This document shows, piece after piece, positions 20,305-30,106 of a DNA stretch of 64,000 bases. A program made the translations under genes and the position numbers. The first letter of the stretch is position 1. Each line of letters begins with the position of its first letter. The notes beneath the pieces were generated by a model. That model ran no database searches and was not told the DNA's origin. It saw only the letters and a program-made list of their open reading frames with translations. This DNA is from Betaproteobacteria bacterium (GTDB taxonomy: Bacteria > Pseudomonadota > Gammaproteobacteria > Burkholderiales > SG8-41), in assembly GCA_947474275.1 (NCBI GenBank), contig CANJHY010000003.1, positions 705 to 64,704 on the forward strand, read 5' to 3'.

Positions 20305-21552
20305 TCATGCCGGCTTGTATGCCTGCAGGCGCGCGATGCGCAGCGTCGCCGGCGGATGTGAATCGTAGAACATGGAATGCAGCGGGTCGGGCGTAAGCGT
20401 CGCCGAATTGTCCTTGTAGAGCTTGACCAGCGCCGAGATGAGATCGGTGACCGATGCGTGCTGGGCGGCATAGTGGTCGGCCTCGAATTCGTGCTTGCGC
20501 GAATAAAAGCTCGTCAGCGGATGGAGCAGAAAGATGAATTGCGGGAGCACCAGGAAAAACAAAACGAGCGCCATCGCAGTCGAAGGCGTCTGCACGTTGA
20601 GTCCGTTGTAGAACCAGGGCTGGTTGATGAGCTGCGCGAGTAGCCACAGGAACGCGAGGCTGGCGGCAAATATCCAGACGATGCGCTTGATCACATGCCG
20701 CAGCTTGAAATGGCCGAGTTCGTGCGCGAGCACGGCTTCGATTTCCGGAGGCGTTATCTTGGTAAGAAGCGTATCGAAAAATACAATGCGCTTGGTTTTG
20801 CCAAAGCCGGTGAAAAAAGCGTTTGTATGACTCGAGCGGCGGGAGCCGTCCATGACCATGATCCCCTGCAATTTGAAACCGCAGCGGTGAAGCAAGTCAT
20901 CAATGCGCTGCTTCAACTGCGCATCGTCGAGCGGCGCGAATTTGTTGAATAGCGGCGCGATCCAAACCGGGTATACAGCCTGAATCATTAAAGTGAAGGT
21001 CACCCAGATCAACCACGCATACAGCCACCACAGGTCTCCCGCGCGCTCCATTACCCACAGGATGCAGGCGATAAGCGGGATTCCCAGCGCCGCCGCCAGC
21101 GCCGCATTCTTGAGTGTGTCGGCAATGAACATCAGCGGGGTCATTTTGTTGAAGCCGAAACGCTGCTCGATGCCGAAAGTGCTGTACCACGCCACCGGCA
21201 GATCGAGCAGGCTGGTGATCGTGCCGAGCAGAACCAGCAGCGCCACGCCGCGCGTAACACCCGGCGCCAGCCAGCCGGCAGTCACTTCCTGCAGCCATTG
21301 CAAACCGCCGCCAAACGTCAGCACCAGGATCAGCGCGCATTCGAATACGGTGGTGAACAGGCCCAGGCGCGTTTTAGCGCAACTGTAATCGGCGGCCTTG
21401 TGATGCGCATCGACGCTGATATCGCTGGAGAATTCGGCCGGGACCGTATTGCGATGGCGCTGGATATGCGCGAGGTGGCGCATGGCGAGCCACCACTTGG
21501 TGGCAGTGGCGAGCGCCAGCGCGGCGAGAAAGACGAGGCTGAAAGTGTGCAT
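20305..21552 (-). CDS. M48 family metallopeptidase (Ste24-like)
   Basis: HELGH, EFEAD, DSHP motifs; multi-TM. Confidence 0.93.
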   Translation of the reverse strand: MHTFSLVFLAALALATATKWWLAMRHLAHIQRHRNTVPAEFSSDISVDAHHKAADYSCAKTRLGLFTTVFECALILVLTFGGGLQWLQEVTAGWLAPGVTRGVALLVLLGTITSLLDLPVAWYSTFGIEQRFGFNKMTPLMFIADTLKNAALAAALGIPLIACILWVMERAGDLWWLYAWLIWVTFTLMIQAVYPVWIAPLFNKFAPLDDAQLKQRIDDLLHRCGFKLQGIMVMDGSRRSSHTNAFFTGFGKTKRIVFFDTLLTKITPPEIEAVLAHELGHFKLRHVIKRIVWIFAASLAFLWLLAQLINQPWFYNGLNVQTPSTAMALVLFFLVLPQFIFLLHPLTSFYSRKHEFEADHYAAQHASVTDLISALVKLYKDNSATLTPDPLHSMFYDSHPPATLRIARLQAYKPA

Positions 21553-21618
21553 CAGACGAAGATTATCCTATCAAGACGTTATATGACAAAATACCGCTTC
21601 TTTTCGTTCAAAGAAACT

Positions 21619-22164
21619 ATGGCAGCCGACGCGAATAACCTGATCTGGGTCGACATGGAGATGAGCGGGCTCGACCCCGAGATCGAAAAAGTGCTGGAAG
21701 TGGCGATCGTCGTTACCGACACCAACCTCAACACTGTGGCCGAAGGGCCGGTGGTGGTCGTGCATCAGACCGCTGCGGTGCTCGATGCCATGGATGCGTG
21801 GAACAAGAACACGCACGCGAAGTCCGGCCTGATAGAACGCGTGAAAGCGTCCAAGCTGACGGAGGCAGATGTCGACGGCAAGCTGGTCGAATTCCTGCAA
21901 CAGCACGTGCCGGCGGGCGTGTCGCCGCTGTGCGGCAACTCGGTACACCAGGACCGCCGCTTCATGGTGAATTACCTGCCGCGCTTCGAAGCGCATTTCC
22001 ATTACCGCAACCTCGACGTCAGCACGCTGAAAGAACTGATGCGGCGCTGGAAGCCGGAACTCGCGGCCGGCATGACCAAGCATGGCCGCCACGAGGCGCT
22101 GGCCGACATTTACGAGTCGATCGAAGAGCTCAAGTATTACCGCGAGCATTTTCTCAAGCTCTAA
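21619..22164 (+). CDS. orn: Oligoribonuclease
   Basis: [38 protein letters not shown]. Confidence 0.97.
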   Translation: MAADANNLIWVDMEMSGLDPEIEKVLEVAIVVTDTNLNTVAEGPVVVVHQTAAVLDAMDAWNKNTHAKSGLIERVKASKLTEADVDGKLVEFLQQHVPAGVSPLCGNSVHQDRRFMVNYLPRFEAHFHYRNLDVSTLKELMRRWKPELAAGMTKHGRHEALADIYESIEELKYYREHFLKL

Positions 22165-22170
22165 AGCTAT

Positions 22171-22359
22171 GCCGCAAAGGCGCAAAGGCGCAAAGAAAAA
22201 CAAGGTTCGTCATTCCGAAGGGAGCCTTAAGCCAACGCCTCTTATTTTCTCGGGATAGACATTTCTGGATGTCGCCCTGCGCTAGGATCACGATGCGAAG
22301 AGTAGTGTGGTTATTTCAATCTTTGTTGAATTTTCTTTGCGTCTTCGCGCCTTTGCGGC
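22171..22359. repeat. Intergenic element with 29-bp terminal inverted repeats built from an 8-bp period (CGCAAAGG)
   Basis: 22171-22199 vs reverse complement of 22331-22359: 27/29 identical; AT-richer core. Confidence 0.85.
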
Positions 22360-22379
22360 GCGGTTTCTTGAATATCTGA

Positions 22380-22889
22380 ATGGAAAGCGATAACAATCCC
22401 CATCGCCGCGGCGGCACCGTCATGCTGGTAATCGCATGGGCGCTGATCCTGGGCGGCATCTACTGGTTTTTCAGCGGATGGCAGGCGCAACAGGCCAATC
22501 CCAATACCGCGCGCGTTTTGAGCCTGCAGCAGGGCGAGGTCACGCTCGCGCGCAACGGCGCGGGTCATTACGTGGCGGAAGGCGAGATCAACGGCCGGCG
22601 CGTGGTTTTTCTGCTCGACACCGGCGCTACTTCGGTCTCATTGCCACTCTCGCTGGGCCGTGAGCTCGGCCTGAAGCGCGGAGCGTCGGTCAGTCTGCAG
22701 ACCGCGAACGGTAGCGCGGTCGGCTACCAGACGCGGCTCGACCGCGTGCGTTTGGGCTCGCTGGAAATCAACGATGTCGGTGCGGTGATGTCGGAAGGCC
22801 TCGATGCCGACTTTGTGCTTCTCGGCATGAGTTTCTTGAAGCGCGTGGAGTTCACGCAGCGTGACGGCAAGCTGATTCTGAAGCCCTGA
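22380..22889 (+). CDS. Retropepsin-like (clan AA) aspartic protease
   Basis: GHY, FLLDTGATSV, TANG, LLGMSFL; N-terminal TM. Confidence 0.9.
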   Translation: MESDNNPHRRGGTVMLVIAWALILGGIYWFFSGWQAQQANPNTARVLSLQQGEVTLARNGAGHYVAEGEINGRRVVFLLDTGATSVSLPLSLGRELGLKRGASVSLQTANGSAVGYQTRLDRVRLGSLEINDVGAVMSEGLDADFVLLGMSFLKRVEFTQRDGKLILKP

Positions 22890-22893
22890 CTTC

Positions 22894-23100
22894 CTACTCC
22901 AGCCGGATTTCGCCATCGAGCGTAATGCTGAGCCCGATAGCGTCGATGCGCAGTTGCATGCTCGCCGGGAAAATTTCGTTGCCTTTCAACTTGCCGTCGG
23001 CGACAGCCTTGGCGACCGCGCGCTCGATTTCGGATTGCGAGCGCACGCCGACGGTCTTCAGAAACTTGCGTATGCTCATGTTGAAGGCTTCTTCGTTCAT
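22894..23100 (-). CDS. Small conserved protein (DUF6494-like)
   Basis: AGGAG RBS; MNEEAFNMSIRKFLKTVGVRSQSEIE. Confidence 0.75.
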   Translation of the reverse strand: MNEEAFNMSIRKFLKTVGVRSQSEIERAVAKAVADGKLKGNEIFPASMQLRIDAIGLSITLDGEIRLE

Positions 23101-23158
23101 GCTGCTTCTCCTTGCCGCTGATTGAATTCCAAAATGAGAGGACCGCCGGCGCGCGGTT

Positions 23159-24718
23159 TCAATTGCCGCCGTCGCAATGCGCCTTGTAGAAATTGACGAG
23201 GCCGTTGGTCGACGCATCGTAGGCCGCCATGGGGTCGCCGTTTTCGAGGTCGGGCAGCAGGCGCGCCGCCAGGCGCTTGCCGAGCTCGACGCCCGGCTGG
23301 TCGAACGCGTTAATGCCCCAGATCGTGTTCTGCACGAACACCTTGTGCTCGTATAGCGCGAGCAGCATCCCCAGTGTGCGCGGCGTGAGCTTCTCGACGA
23401 GTATGGAATTGCTCGGCCGGTTGCCGGGAAACCCGTCCTGCGGCGCGCCGTTCATCAGCGCTGCGGTCTGCGCGAAAAAATTCGCCAGTAATATCGCGTG
23501 CTGCGCGCGCGCCGCATGGTGCGGTTCGCAGGCCGCGATGAAATCGGCGGGCACCAGCCGCGTGCCCTGGTGCAGCAGCTGGAAAAACGAATGCTGCGCA
23601 TCCGTGCCCGGCGCCCCCCAGACGATGGGCCCGGTGTCGTAATCGACGAGGTCACCCAGGGACGTCACGCGCTTACCGCTGGATTCCATGTCGAGCTGCT
23701 GCAGAAAGGCGGGCAGCAGCGCAAGTGATTCGTCATAGGGCAGGACGGCATGCGACGCGGCGCCGAAAAAATTGTTGTACCAGATGCCGAGCAGCGCCAG
23801 CACGACGGGCATGCTGTGCTCGAATGGCGCGTCGCGGAAATGCGCGTCCATGGCATGCGCGCCCTGCAGCAACTTGGTGAAATTGTCCATGCCCACGCCG
23901 AGTGCGACCGGCAGTCCCACCGCCGACCATAGCGAGTAGCGTCCGCCGACCCAGTCCCAGAACGGAAATATGCGGTCTTCTGCCATGCCGAATTCAGCGG
24001 CCAACGGGGTATTGGCTGTCACCGCCACCAACTGGCTGTCGGCGCCGCGGCCCAGCCAATCGCGAACCAGCCGTGCGTTGGTCAGGGTTTCGAGAGTGGT
24101 GAAGGTCTTCGACGCGACGATAACGAGCGTGGTTGCCGGATCAAGGCCGGCCAATACCGCATACGCAGCCGCTGCGTCGACATTGGAGATGTAATGCACG
24201 CGCGGGCCGCCGCTGGAGTAGGGCGCCAGCGCGCGCGTCACCAGCGCCGGGCCGAGATGCGAGCCGCCGATGCCAATGTGTATGACGTCGGCGATTTTTT
24301 TGCCGCCGCGGCCGGTGATCGAGCCGGCGCGCACGCCATCGGTGAATTCGCGCATGCGGGCGAGGGTCGCCTCCACCTGCGGCAATATATCGACGCCGTC
24401 AACCAGTAGCGGTCTGTTGTCGCGCAAGGCGGTATGTAGCGCCGGCCGGTTCTCGCCGGTGTTGATCTTGCCGCCGCTGAAGAGGCGCTGCATTTCGTTG
24501 CCGACACCGCGTTCGCGTGCGAGAGCCATCAGCAGCCGCATGGTTTCGGCATCGACCAGGTTCTTCGAATAATCGAGCAGCATGCAGTCGTGGCGCAACG
24601 AAAAATCCTCGAACCGTTGCGGATCGGCCGCAAACATCTTCACCATATCGGCGCCGGCCATGGCAAGCCGGTGCGCTTTGAGCGCCTGCCATGCGGGTGA
24701 GAGTGCGAGTGTCGGCAT
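23159..24718 (-). CDS. pgi: Glucose-6-phosphate isomerase
   Basis: IGIGGSHLGP, ASKTFTT, WVGGRYSLWS, FDQPGVELGK. Confidence 0.96.
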   Translation of the reverse strand: MPTLALSPAWQALKAHRLAMAGADMVKMFAADPQRFEDFSLRHDCMLLDYSKNLVDAETMRLLMALARERGVGNEMQRLFSGGKINTGENRPALHTALRDNRPLLVDGVDILPQVEATLARMREFTDGVRAGSITGRGGKKIADVIHIGIGGSHLGPALVTRALAPYSSGGPRVHYISNVDAAAAYAVLAGLDPATTLVIVASKTFTTLETLTNARLVRDWLGRGADSQLVAVTANTPLAAEFGMAEDRIFPFWDWVGGRYSLWSAVGLPVALGVGMDNFTKLLQGAHAMDAHFRDAPFEHSMPVVLALLGIWYNNFFGAASHAVLPYDESLALLPAFLQQLDMESSGKRVTSLGDLVDYDTGPIVWGAPGTDAQHSFFQLLHQGTRLVPADFIAACEPHHAARAQHAILLANFFAQTAALMNGAPQDGFPGNRPSNSILVEKLTPRTLGMLLALYEHKVFVQNTIWGINAFDQPGVELGKRLAARLLPDLENGDPMAAYDASTNGLVNFYKAHCDGGN

Positions 24719-24811
24719 TTGTGTGCTGGTGATGGGCGGCAGGGAGTGCCGCCGCGCGCCCGATTTTACTTGCTTTCAAAGCGCGTGCCCAAGTCCGTTA
24801 GAATGGCAAGC

Positions 24812-25546
24812 ATGAGCGACGTAATGCAGGCATTGGCCAGCGCATTTCGCAGCGTGCTGCATCCGCGCATGCTGATGCTGACGATCTGGCCGATGCTGAT
24901 CGCGCTGGTGCTGTGGATCGGGCTGGCGTGGTGGCATTGGGGCACCTGGTCGCAGTGGCTGGAAGCGCTGATCACGGGGTCCGACGCCAGCCGGTGGCTG
25001 TCGCAGTCCACGCTCGCTTTCATGGCGCACTATTCGGCATGGCTCCTGTTGTCGCTGGCACTCGCGCCGATGATCCTGCTCACGGCGGTGCTGGTCGCGG
25101 CGGTGCTTGAAATGCCGCTGATCGTCAGCTTCGTCGCCACGCGCCATTATCCGGCGCTGGAGAAAAAGCACGGCGGCACCGTCCTCGGCAGCAGTCTCAA
25201 CGCGCTGGCCGCCGTGCTCGTATTTACGGGGCTCTGGATCGTCACTTTGCCATTGTGGCTGACGGGTGTCCTGATACCGGTGCTGCCACTGGTGCTGGGC
25301 GCTTATCTCAACCAGCGGCTGTTCCGCTATGACGCGCTGTCGGACCACGCCAGCGCCGAGGAATATGCGGCGCTTCTGGAAGCGGGTTGGAGCCGCATGT
25401 ACGTATTGGGTCTGCTGCTGGCGCTGCTTTACTTCGTGCCCCTGCTCAACTTGCTGGTGCCCGTCCTGAGCGGACTGGCATTTACGCATTTCGGCCTGGC
25501 CGCGCTGGCGCGCCTGCGCGCCGCCAACGGCGGACAACTCGTTTGA
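24812..25546 (+). CDS. EI24/CysZ-like membrane protein
   Basis: Multi-TM; HYPALE, RYDALSDHAS motifs; start may be 24803. Confidence 0.8.
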   Translation: MSDVMQALASAFRSVLHPRMLMLTIWPMLIALVLWIGLAWWHWGTWSQWLEALITGSDASRWLSQSTLAFMAHYSAWLLLSLALAPMILLTAVLVAAVLEMPLIVSFVATRHYPALEKKHGGTVLGSSLNALAAVLVFTGLWIVTLPLWLTGVLIPVLPLVLGAYLNQRLFRYDALSDHASAEEYAALLEAGWSRMYVLGLLLALLYFVPLLNLLVPVLSGLAFTHFGLAALARLRAANGGQLV

Positions 25547-25577
25547 TAAATATGATCCAGCAACGAAGGAAAGATTC

Positions 25578-26360
25578 ATGACCAAACAACTGGCGGGAAA
25601 AATCGCCATCGTCACCGGCGCGGGCAACGGCATAGGCGCGGCCACAGCGCGGCGCTTTGCGCAGGAAGGCGCGCAAGTGGTATGCGCGGACTTGGACGCG
25701 GAATCGGCGCGCGCAGTGTGCGCGGAAATCATTGCGGCGGGCGGCAGCGCGGCGGCCTGCGGCGCGGACGTCAGGAAAGCGGAAGACGTCGAGGCCATGA
25801 TCGCGTTTACGCTGCGCGAGTTCGGACCGCCCAACATCGCGATCAACAATGCCGGCAAGGGTGCGCAAAAACATTTTCTGGAAACCCCGCTTGCCATGCT
25901 GCATGAGATGCTCGACACCAACGTGGTCGGCACTTTTCTGTGCGCGCAGGCGGCGGCGCGCGAAATGGTCAAGATCGGCGGCGGCGCCATCGTGAATTTT
26001 TCTTCGCACTCGGGCCTGCTCGGCAGCAGCGGGCGCGCCGCGTATGCGGCGTCCAAGGGTGGCATCATTGCAATGACCCGCGTGATGGCCGTCGATCTCG
26101 CGGTCCATAACATCCGCGTGAACGCGATTGCACCCGGCCCCATCGACGTGCCACGCAGCCGCAAGCAGCACACCGGGGAGCGCCGCGAATCGTGGCAGCG
26201 CGCGGTGCCGGCGGCGCGCTACGGCCAGCCGGAAGAAGTGGCGGGCGCCGCGCTCTTCCTGGCGTCGGATGATGCCAGCTACGTGAACGGGCAGACGATC
26301 GCGGTCGACGGCGGATTTACCGCCGCCGGGCTGCGCGTGCAGGACCTGACGGTACTCTAG
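25578..26360 (+). CDS. SDR family oxidoreductase
   Basis: TGAGNGIG, NNAG, YAASKGG, NAIAPG. Confidence 0.93.
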   Translation: MTKQLAGKIAIVTGAGNGIGAATARRFAQEGAQVVCADLDAESARAVCAEIIAAGGSAAACGADVRKAEDVEAMIAFTLREFGPPNIAINNAGKGAQKHFLETPLAMLHEMLDTNVVGTFLCAQAAAREMVKIGGGAIVNFSSHSGLLGSSGRAAYAASKGGIIAMTRVMAVDLAVHNIRVNAIAPGPIDVPRSRKQHTGERRESWQRAVPAARYGQPEEVAGAALFLASDDASYVNGQTIAVDGGFTAAGLRVQDLTVL

Positions 26361-26367
26361 GTTTACT

Positions 26368-26555
26368 TAGAAGCTGTCTCGAAAACAGTTTGGAACCGCC
26401 GATGAACGCCGATGAACGCAGATAAGCTCAAGGGTATTTGACCCTGATTCGGGGAAAGGTCTGGATTTGTATCGGCGTCAATCAGCGTACCCCTCAAGGG
26501 GGTATTAATTAGTCGGCGGTTGCTTGTCGGTGTTGTATTTTTAGATGAGTTTTAG
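26368..26555. mobile_element. MITE-like intergenic element with 9-bp periodic (AACGCCGAT) inner inverted repeats; same family as 38075-38229, opposite orientation
   Basis: TTGGAACCGCCGATGAACGCCGATGAACGCAGATAAGCTCAAGGGTATTT closely resembles the reverse complement of 38169-38207; degenerate outer TAGAA...TTTTAG ends. Confidence 0.6.
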
Positions 26556-27574
26556 TTACTGGCAGTCATGCCCGACGCCTGCACGATGCGGGCGTTGGTG
26601 GCGATTTCTTTTTTCAGGAAGGCCATGAAATCGTCGGGTGTGCTGGCGATGACCGTCGCGCCTTCGTTGACCAGCCGCTCCCTGAGTTCAGGCAAAGCCA
26701 GGATGCGCGCGATTTCCGCGTGCAGCTTGGCGACCGAGCTTCTGGGCGTGCCGCCCGTCACCAGCAGGCCGTACCAGTTGGTCATCGCGTAGCCGGGCAC
26801 GCCCGCTTCCGCGATCGACGGTATTTCGGGCAGCGCGGAGAAGCGCTGCTCGCTGGTCACTGCGAGCGCACGCAGCCGCCCGCCGCGGATGTGCGGCACT
26901 GCCTGCAATGCGTTCATGAAATAAACCGGGATCTGTCCGGCGATGACGTCGATGGCGGCGGGGCCGGCGCCCTTGTACGGGATGTGCAGCATTTTCGTGC
27001 CGGTCATGTATTTGAAGAGTTCGGTCGCCAGATGCGGCGGCGAGCCATTGCCCGAGCTGCCGTAGTTCACGGAATCGGGATGCGTTTTGAGAAACGCGAT
27101 CAATTCCTTGATCGAGCGTGGCGGAAACGACGGGTGCAGCGAAACCACCAGCGGGCTCGCCGCCAGTTGCGTGACGGGCGCCAGGTCCTTCAGCGTATCG
27201 AACGGCAGATTCTTGTAGATGCTCGGGTTTACGGCAAAGCCGCTCGGCACGATGAGCAGCGTCTGGCCGTCCGGCGGTGACTTGGCTGCGGCTGCCGCGC
27301 CTATCGTGCCGTTTGCGCCGCCGCGATTGTCGACCACCACCGGCACCGCCCACGCTTCATTGAGTTTTTGCGCAAGCGCGCGGCCGAGGATGTCGGTGCC
27401 GCCGCCGGGCGGAAACGGAATGACCATGCGCATCGGGCCGGATGGATAAGTCTGAGCGCAGGCAGTGGCGACAATCAGCAGCGTGCCGATGAATCCTGCA
27501 AGAGTGCAGCGCAGCGCTGAAAAAGAAAAAGCACGCGGCATTGCTGCCGCGTGCTTTCTGGTTTGACACTTCAT
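26552..27574 (-). CDS. Bug/TctC tripartite tricarboxylate transporter substrate-binding protein
   Basis: PFPPGGGTD, VDNRGGANG, PDGQTL, HIPYKG; start uncertain. Confidence 0.92.
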   Translation of the reverse strand: MKCQTRKHAAAMPRAFSFSALRCTLAGFIGTLLIVATACAQTYPSGPMRMVIPFPPGGGTDILGRALAQKLNEAWAVPVVVDNRGGANGTIGAAAAAKSPPDGQTLLIVPSGFAVNPSIYKNLPFDTLKDLAPVTQLAASPLVVSLHPSFPPRSIKELIAFLKTHPDSVNYGSSGNGSPPHLATELFKYMTGTKMLHIPYKGAGPAAIDVIAGQIPVYFMNALQAVPHIRGGRLRALAVTSEQRFSALPEIPSIAEAGVPGYAMTNWYGLLVTGGTPRSSVAKLHAEIARILALPELRERLVNEGATVIASTPDDFMAFLKKEIATNARIVQASGMTASN

Positions 27575-27634
27575 ATTTTTATTTTTGCCCTGCTCCCCAC
27601 GCCTCACTCCTCCCATATATTCAATTGATGCGCT

Positions 27635-28825
27635 TTAATTCATCCGCTCGTATACGGCGGCGATGCCCTGGCCGCCGCCTATGCACATCGTGACCAGCGC
27701 GTATTTGCCGCCTATGCGCTGCAGTTCGTAAAGCGCCTTGATGGTGATGAGCGCGCCGGTCGCGCCGATCGGATGGCCGAGCCCCACCGCGCCGCCGTTC
27801 GGATTGGTTTTCTTCGAGTCGAACTGCAGATCGCAGGCCACGGCCATCGCCTGCACGGCGAACGCTTCGTTCGCTTCGATCACGTCCATGTCGCTCACTT
27901 TGAGCCCGGCCTTGTCGAGCGCTATCTTGCTCGCGGGTACCGGGCCTATGCCCATGATCTTGGGATCGACGCCGGCAAAGCCGTAAGACACCAGCCGTGC
28001 CATCGGTTTGAGGCCCTGTTTTTCCGCGGCGGACTTTTCCATCAGCACTACCGCCGCTGCGCCGTCATTGATGCCGGAAGCGTTGCCTGCGGTGACGGAA
28101 CCGTCCTTCTTGAACACCGCGCGTAGTTTCGCCATGCCTTCCACCGTTACGTCGGCGCGCGGATGCTCGTCCTTGTCGAACAGCGTGGTGCCTTTGCGCG
28201 TCTTCAGTTCGACCGGCATGATCTGGTCTTTGAAGTAGCCTTTTTCGATGGCGTTGATCGCGCGGCGATGGCTTTCGACCGCGAACTCGTCCTGCTGCTC
28301 GCGCGTGATTTTCCATTGCGACGCGATGTTTTCAGCGGTAATGCCCATGTGCACGGTGTCGAACGGGTCGGTCAGCGCGCCCACCATCATGTCGACTACG
28401 TTGCCGTCGCTCATGCGCTGGCCCCAGCGCAGGGTCGGCATCAGGTAGCCGCCGCGGCTCATCGATTCGACGCCGGCGCCGACCGCGATATCGGCGTCGC
28501 CCAGCTTGATCATTTGCGCCGCGCTGATGATGGCCTGCAGGCCGCTGCCGCACAAACGGTTGACCGTCAGCGCGGTCGTTTCCTGCGGCAGCCCGGCCTT
28601 CAGGCAGGCGACGCGCGATACGTACATGTCCTTGGCTTCGGTGTGTATGACATTGCCCAGTACCATGGTGCCGACTTCCTTGGGATCGACCTTGGCGCGT
28701 TTCACCGCTTCGCGGATCACTTGCCCGGCGAGCTCCGTGGGCGCGAGGTCTTTCAGCGCACCGCCGTAATCGCCGATCGCCGTGCGCGCGCCGCTCAATA
28801 CGACAACTTCACGTTCGTTGCTCAT
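27635..28825 (-). CDS. bktB: Beta-ketothiolase (BktB type)
   Basis: NRLCGSGLQA, NEAFA, GHPIGATG, MCIGGGQG; DMYVSRVA segment typical of BktB. Confidence 0.9.
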   Translation of the reverse strand: MSNEREVVVLSGARTAIGDYGGALKDLAPTELAGQVIREAVKRAKVDPKEVGTMVLGNVIHTEAKDMYVSRVACLKAGLPQETTALTVNRLCGSGLQAIISAAQMIKLGDADIAVGAGVESMSRGGYLMPTLRWGQRMSDGNVVDMMVGALTDPFDTVHMGITAENIASQWKITREQQDEFAVESHRRAINAIEKGYFKDQIMPVELKTRKGTTLFDKDEHPRADVTVEGMAKLRAVFKKDGSVTAGNASGINDGAAAVVLMEKSAAEKQGLKPMARLVSYGFAGVDPKIMGIGPVPASKIALDKAGLKVSDMDVIEANEAFAVQAMAVACDLQFDSKKTNPNGGAVGLGHPIGATGALITIKALYELQRIGGKYALVTMCIGGGQGIAAVYERMN

Positions 28826-29074
28826 GGTGCTCTCCTTGAACCGTTGATTTTGAGGGTGGTGGCCCGTGTGGTCGGGCTAAATTGGAAGCGGTGGGAGTCA
28901 GTTTACGCCTGCAAAAAAGGAGTGTCGAGAATGGTGATTAAATCCAGCGCTGTGCGCCGGTTTAATTCTGCGCGTTGGAACGGACAACCGCGCTGCCGTT
29001 CAACGCGCAGCGCATGGCATGCGGTGGGGCGGGCGGGGCCGCCCCACGTATGTTTGTACGCTGGACCCAACTAT

Positions 29075-29944
29075 TCAGTGGCGTGTCTCCGGCACCGGCG
29101 TGGCGGCAGCGGTCGCAAATACCGCAGCGGCCGCGCCGCCGTCGAAGCAGTAGCGCTGGTTGCAGAACTCGCAATTGACTTCGACTTCCCCGCGTTCGGC
29201 GATGATGCCCGCGACCTCTTCGCGTCCGAGCATGTGCAGCATGGCGGTCACTTTTTCGCGCGAACACGAGCAGCGGAAATCGACCTGCCGCGGTTCGAAG
29301 ATGCGGATGTCTTCCGCTGAATACAGCCGCCGCAGCAATTCGCGCGCGTCGTGGCCGGCGAGTTCCGGGGCCGTGAGGGATGCCGCGAGCGTGGTCGCGC
29401 GCTGCCATGCATCGGTGTCGGCACCTTCTGTCTCAGGCAGTTTTTGCAGCAGCAGCCCGGCCGCGCAATCGTCGCGCGCCGTCAGCCACAGGCGCGTTTC
29501 GATCTGCTCGGAGCGCAGCATGTATTGTTCGAGCGCCGCGGCGATGGTCGCGCCCGCGAGTTCGACCACGCCCTGGTAGCCGGGCCGGCCCTGTCCGGGG
29601 TCGAGCGTGATGGCGAACTTGCCGTCGCCGACCAGATCAGCGAGGGCGCCGCTCGCCGGGACCTCCGACCACTTGGCGGTCGCACGCATGTGATGATCGC
29701 TCGTGCACTCGACCACCAGCAGCTTGACCGGCCCGCGGCCCTGGATCTGCATGATCAGCGTGCCGCCGAACTTGAGCGTCGCGGTGAGGAGAGCGGCGGC
29801 GGCCATCATTTCGCCCAGCAGCGTGCGCACCGCGGGCGGGTAGTCATGGCGCTCGAGCACTGCGTGCCAGGTGGCTTCGAGATGCACGATCTCGCCGCGC
29901 ACCGGCGCGTGTTCGAACAGGAAGCGTTGAATGGTGTCGGTCAC
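29075..29944 (-). CDS. hslO: Hsp33 redox-regulated chaperone
   Basis: CSC and CEFC zinc motif, YQGVVEL, RSEQIET; GTG start. Confidence 0.95.
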   Translation of the reverse strand: MTDTIQRFLFEHAPVRGEIVHLEATWHAVLERHDYPPAVRTLLGEMMAAAALLTATLKFGGTLIMQIQGRGPVKLLVVECTSDHHMRATAKWSEVPASGALADLVGDGKFAITLDPGQGRPGYQGVVELAGATIAAALEQYMLRSEQIETRLWLTARDDCAAGLLLQKLPETEGADTDAWQRATTLAASLTAPELAGHDARELLRRLYSAEDIRIFEPRQVDFRCSCSREKVTAMLHMLGREEVAGIIAERGEVEVNCEFCNQRYCFDGGAAAAVFATAAATPVPETRH

Positions 29945-29946
29945 GG

Positions 29947-30071
29947 TTCAGGATTCAGGATTCAGGATTCAGGATTCAGGATTCAGGATTCAGGATTCAG
30001 GATTCAGGATTCAGGATTCAGGATTCAGGATTCAGGATTCAGGATTCAGGATTCAGGATTCAGGATTCAGG
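29947..30071. repeat. Perfect heptamer tandem array (TTCAGGA) x17 plus 6 nt, with two degenerate inverted units at 30094-30107
   Basis: Direct reading; TGTATCC CGAATCC resemble the reverse complement of GGATTCA. Confidence 0.97.
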
Positions 30072-30106
30072 GAAAACCGCTCTACCCAATCGCTGTATCC
30101 CGAATC

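Noticed and set aside
29947-30071. Possible CRISPR array
   Set aside because: Pure 7-bp tandem repeat with no spacers and no cas genes
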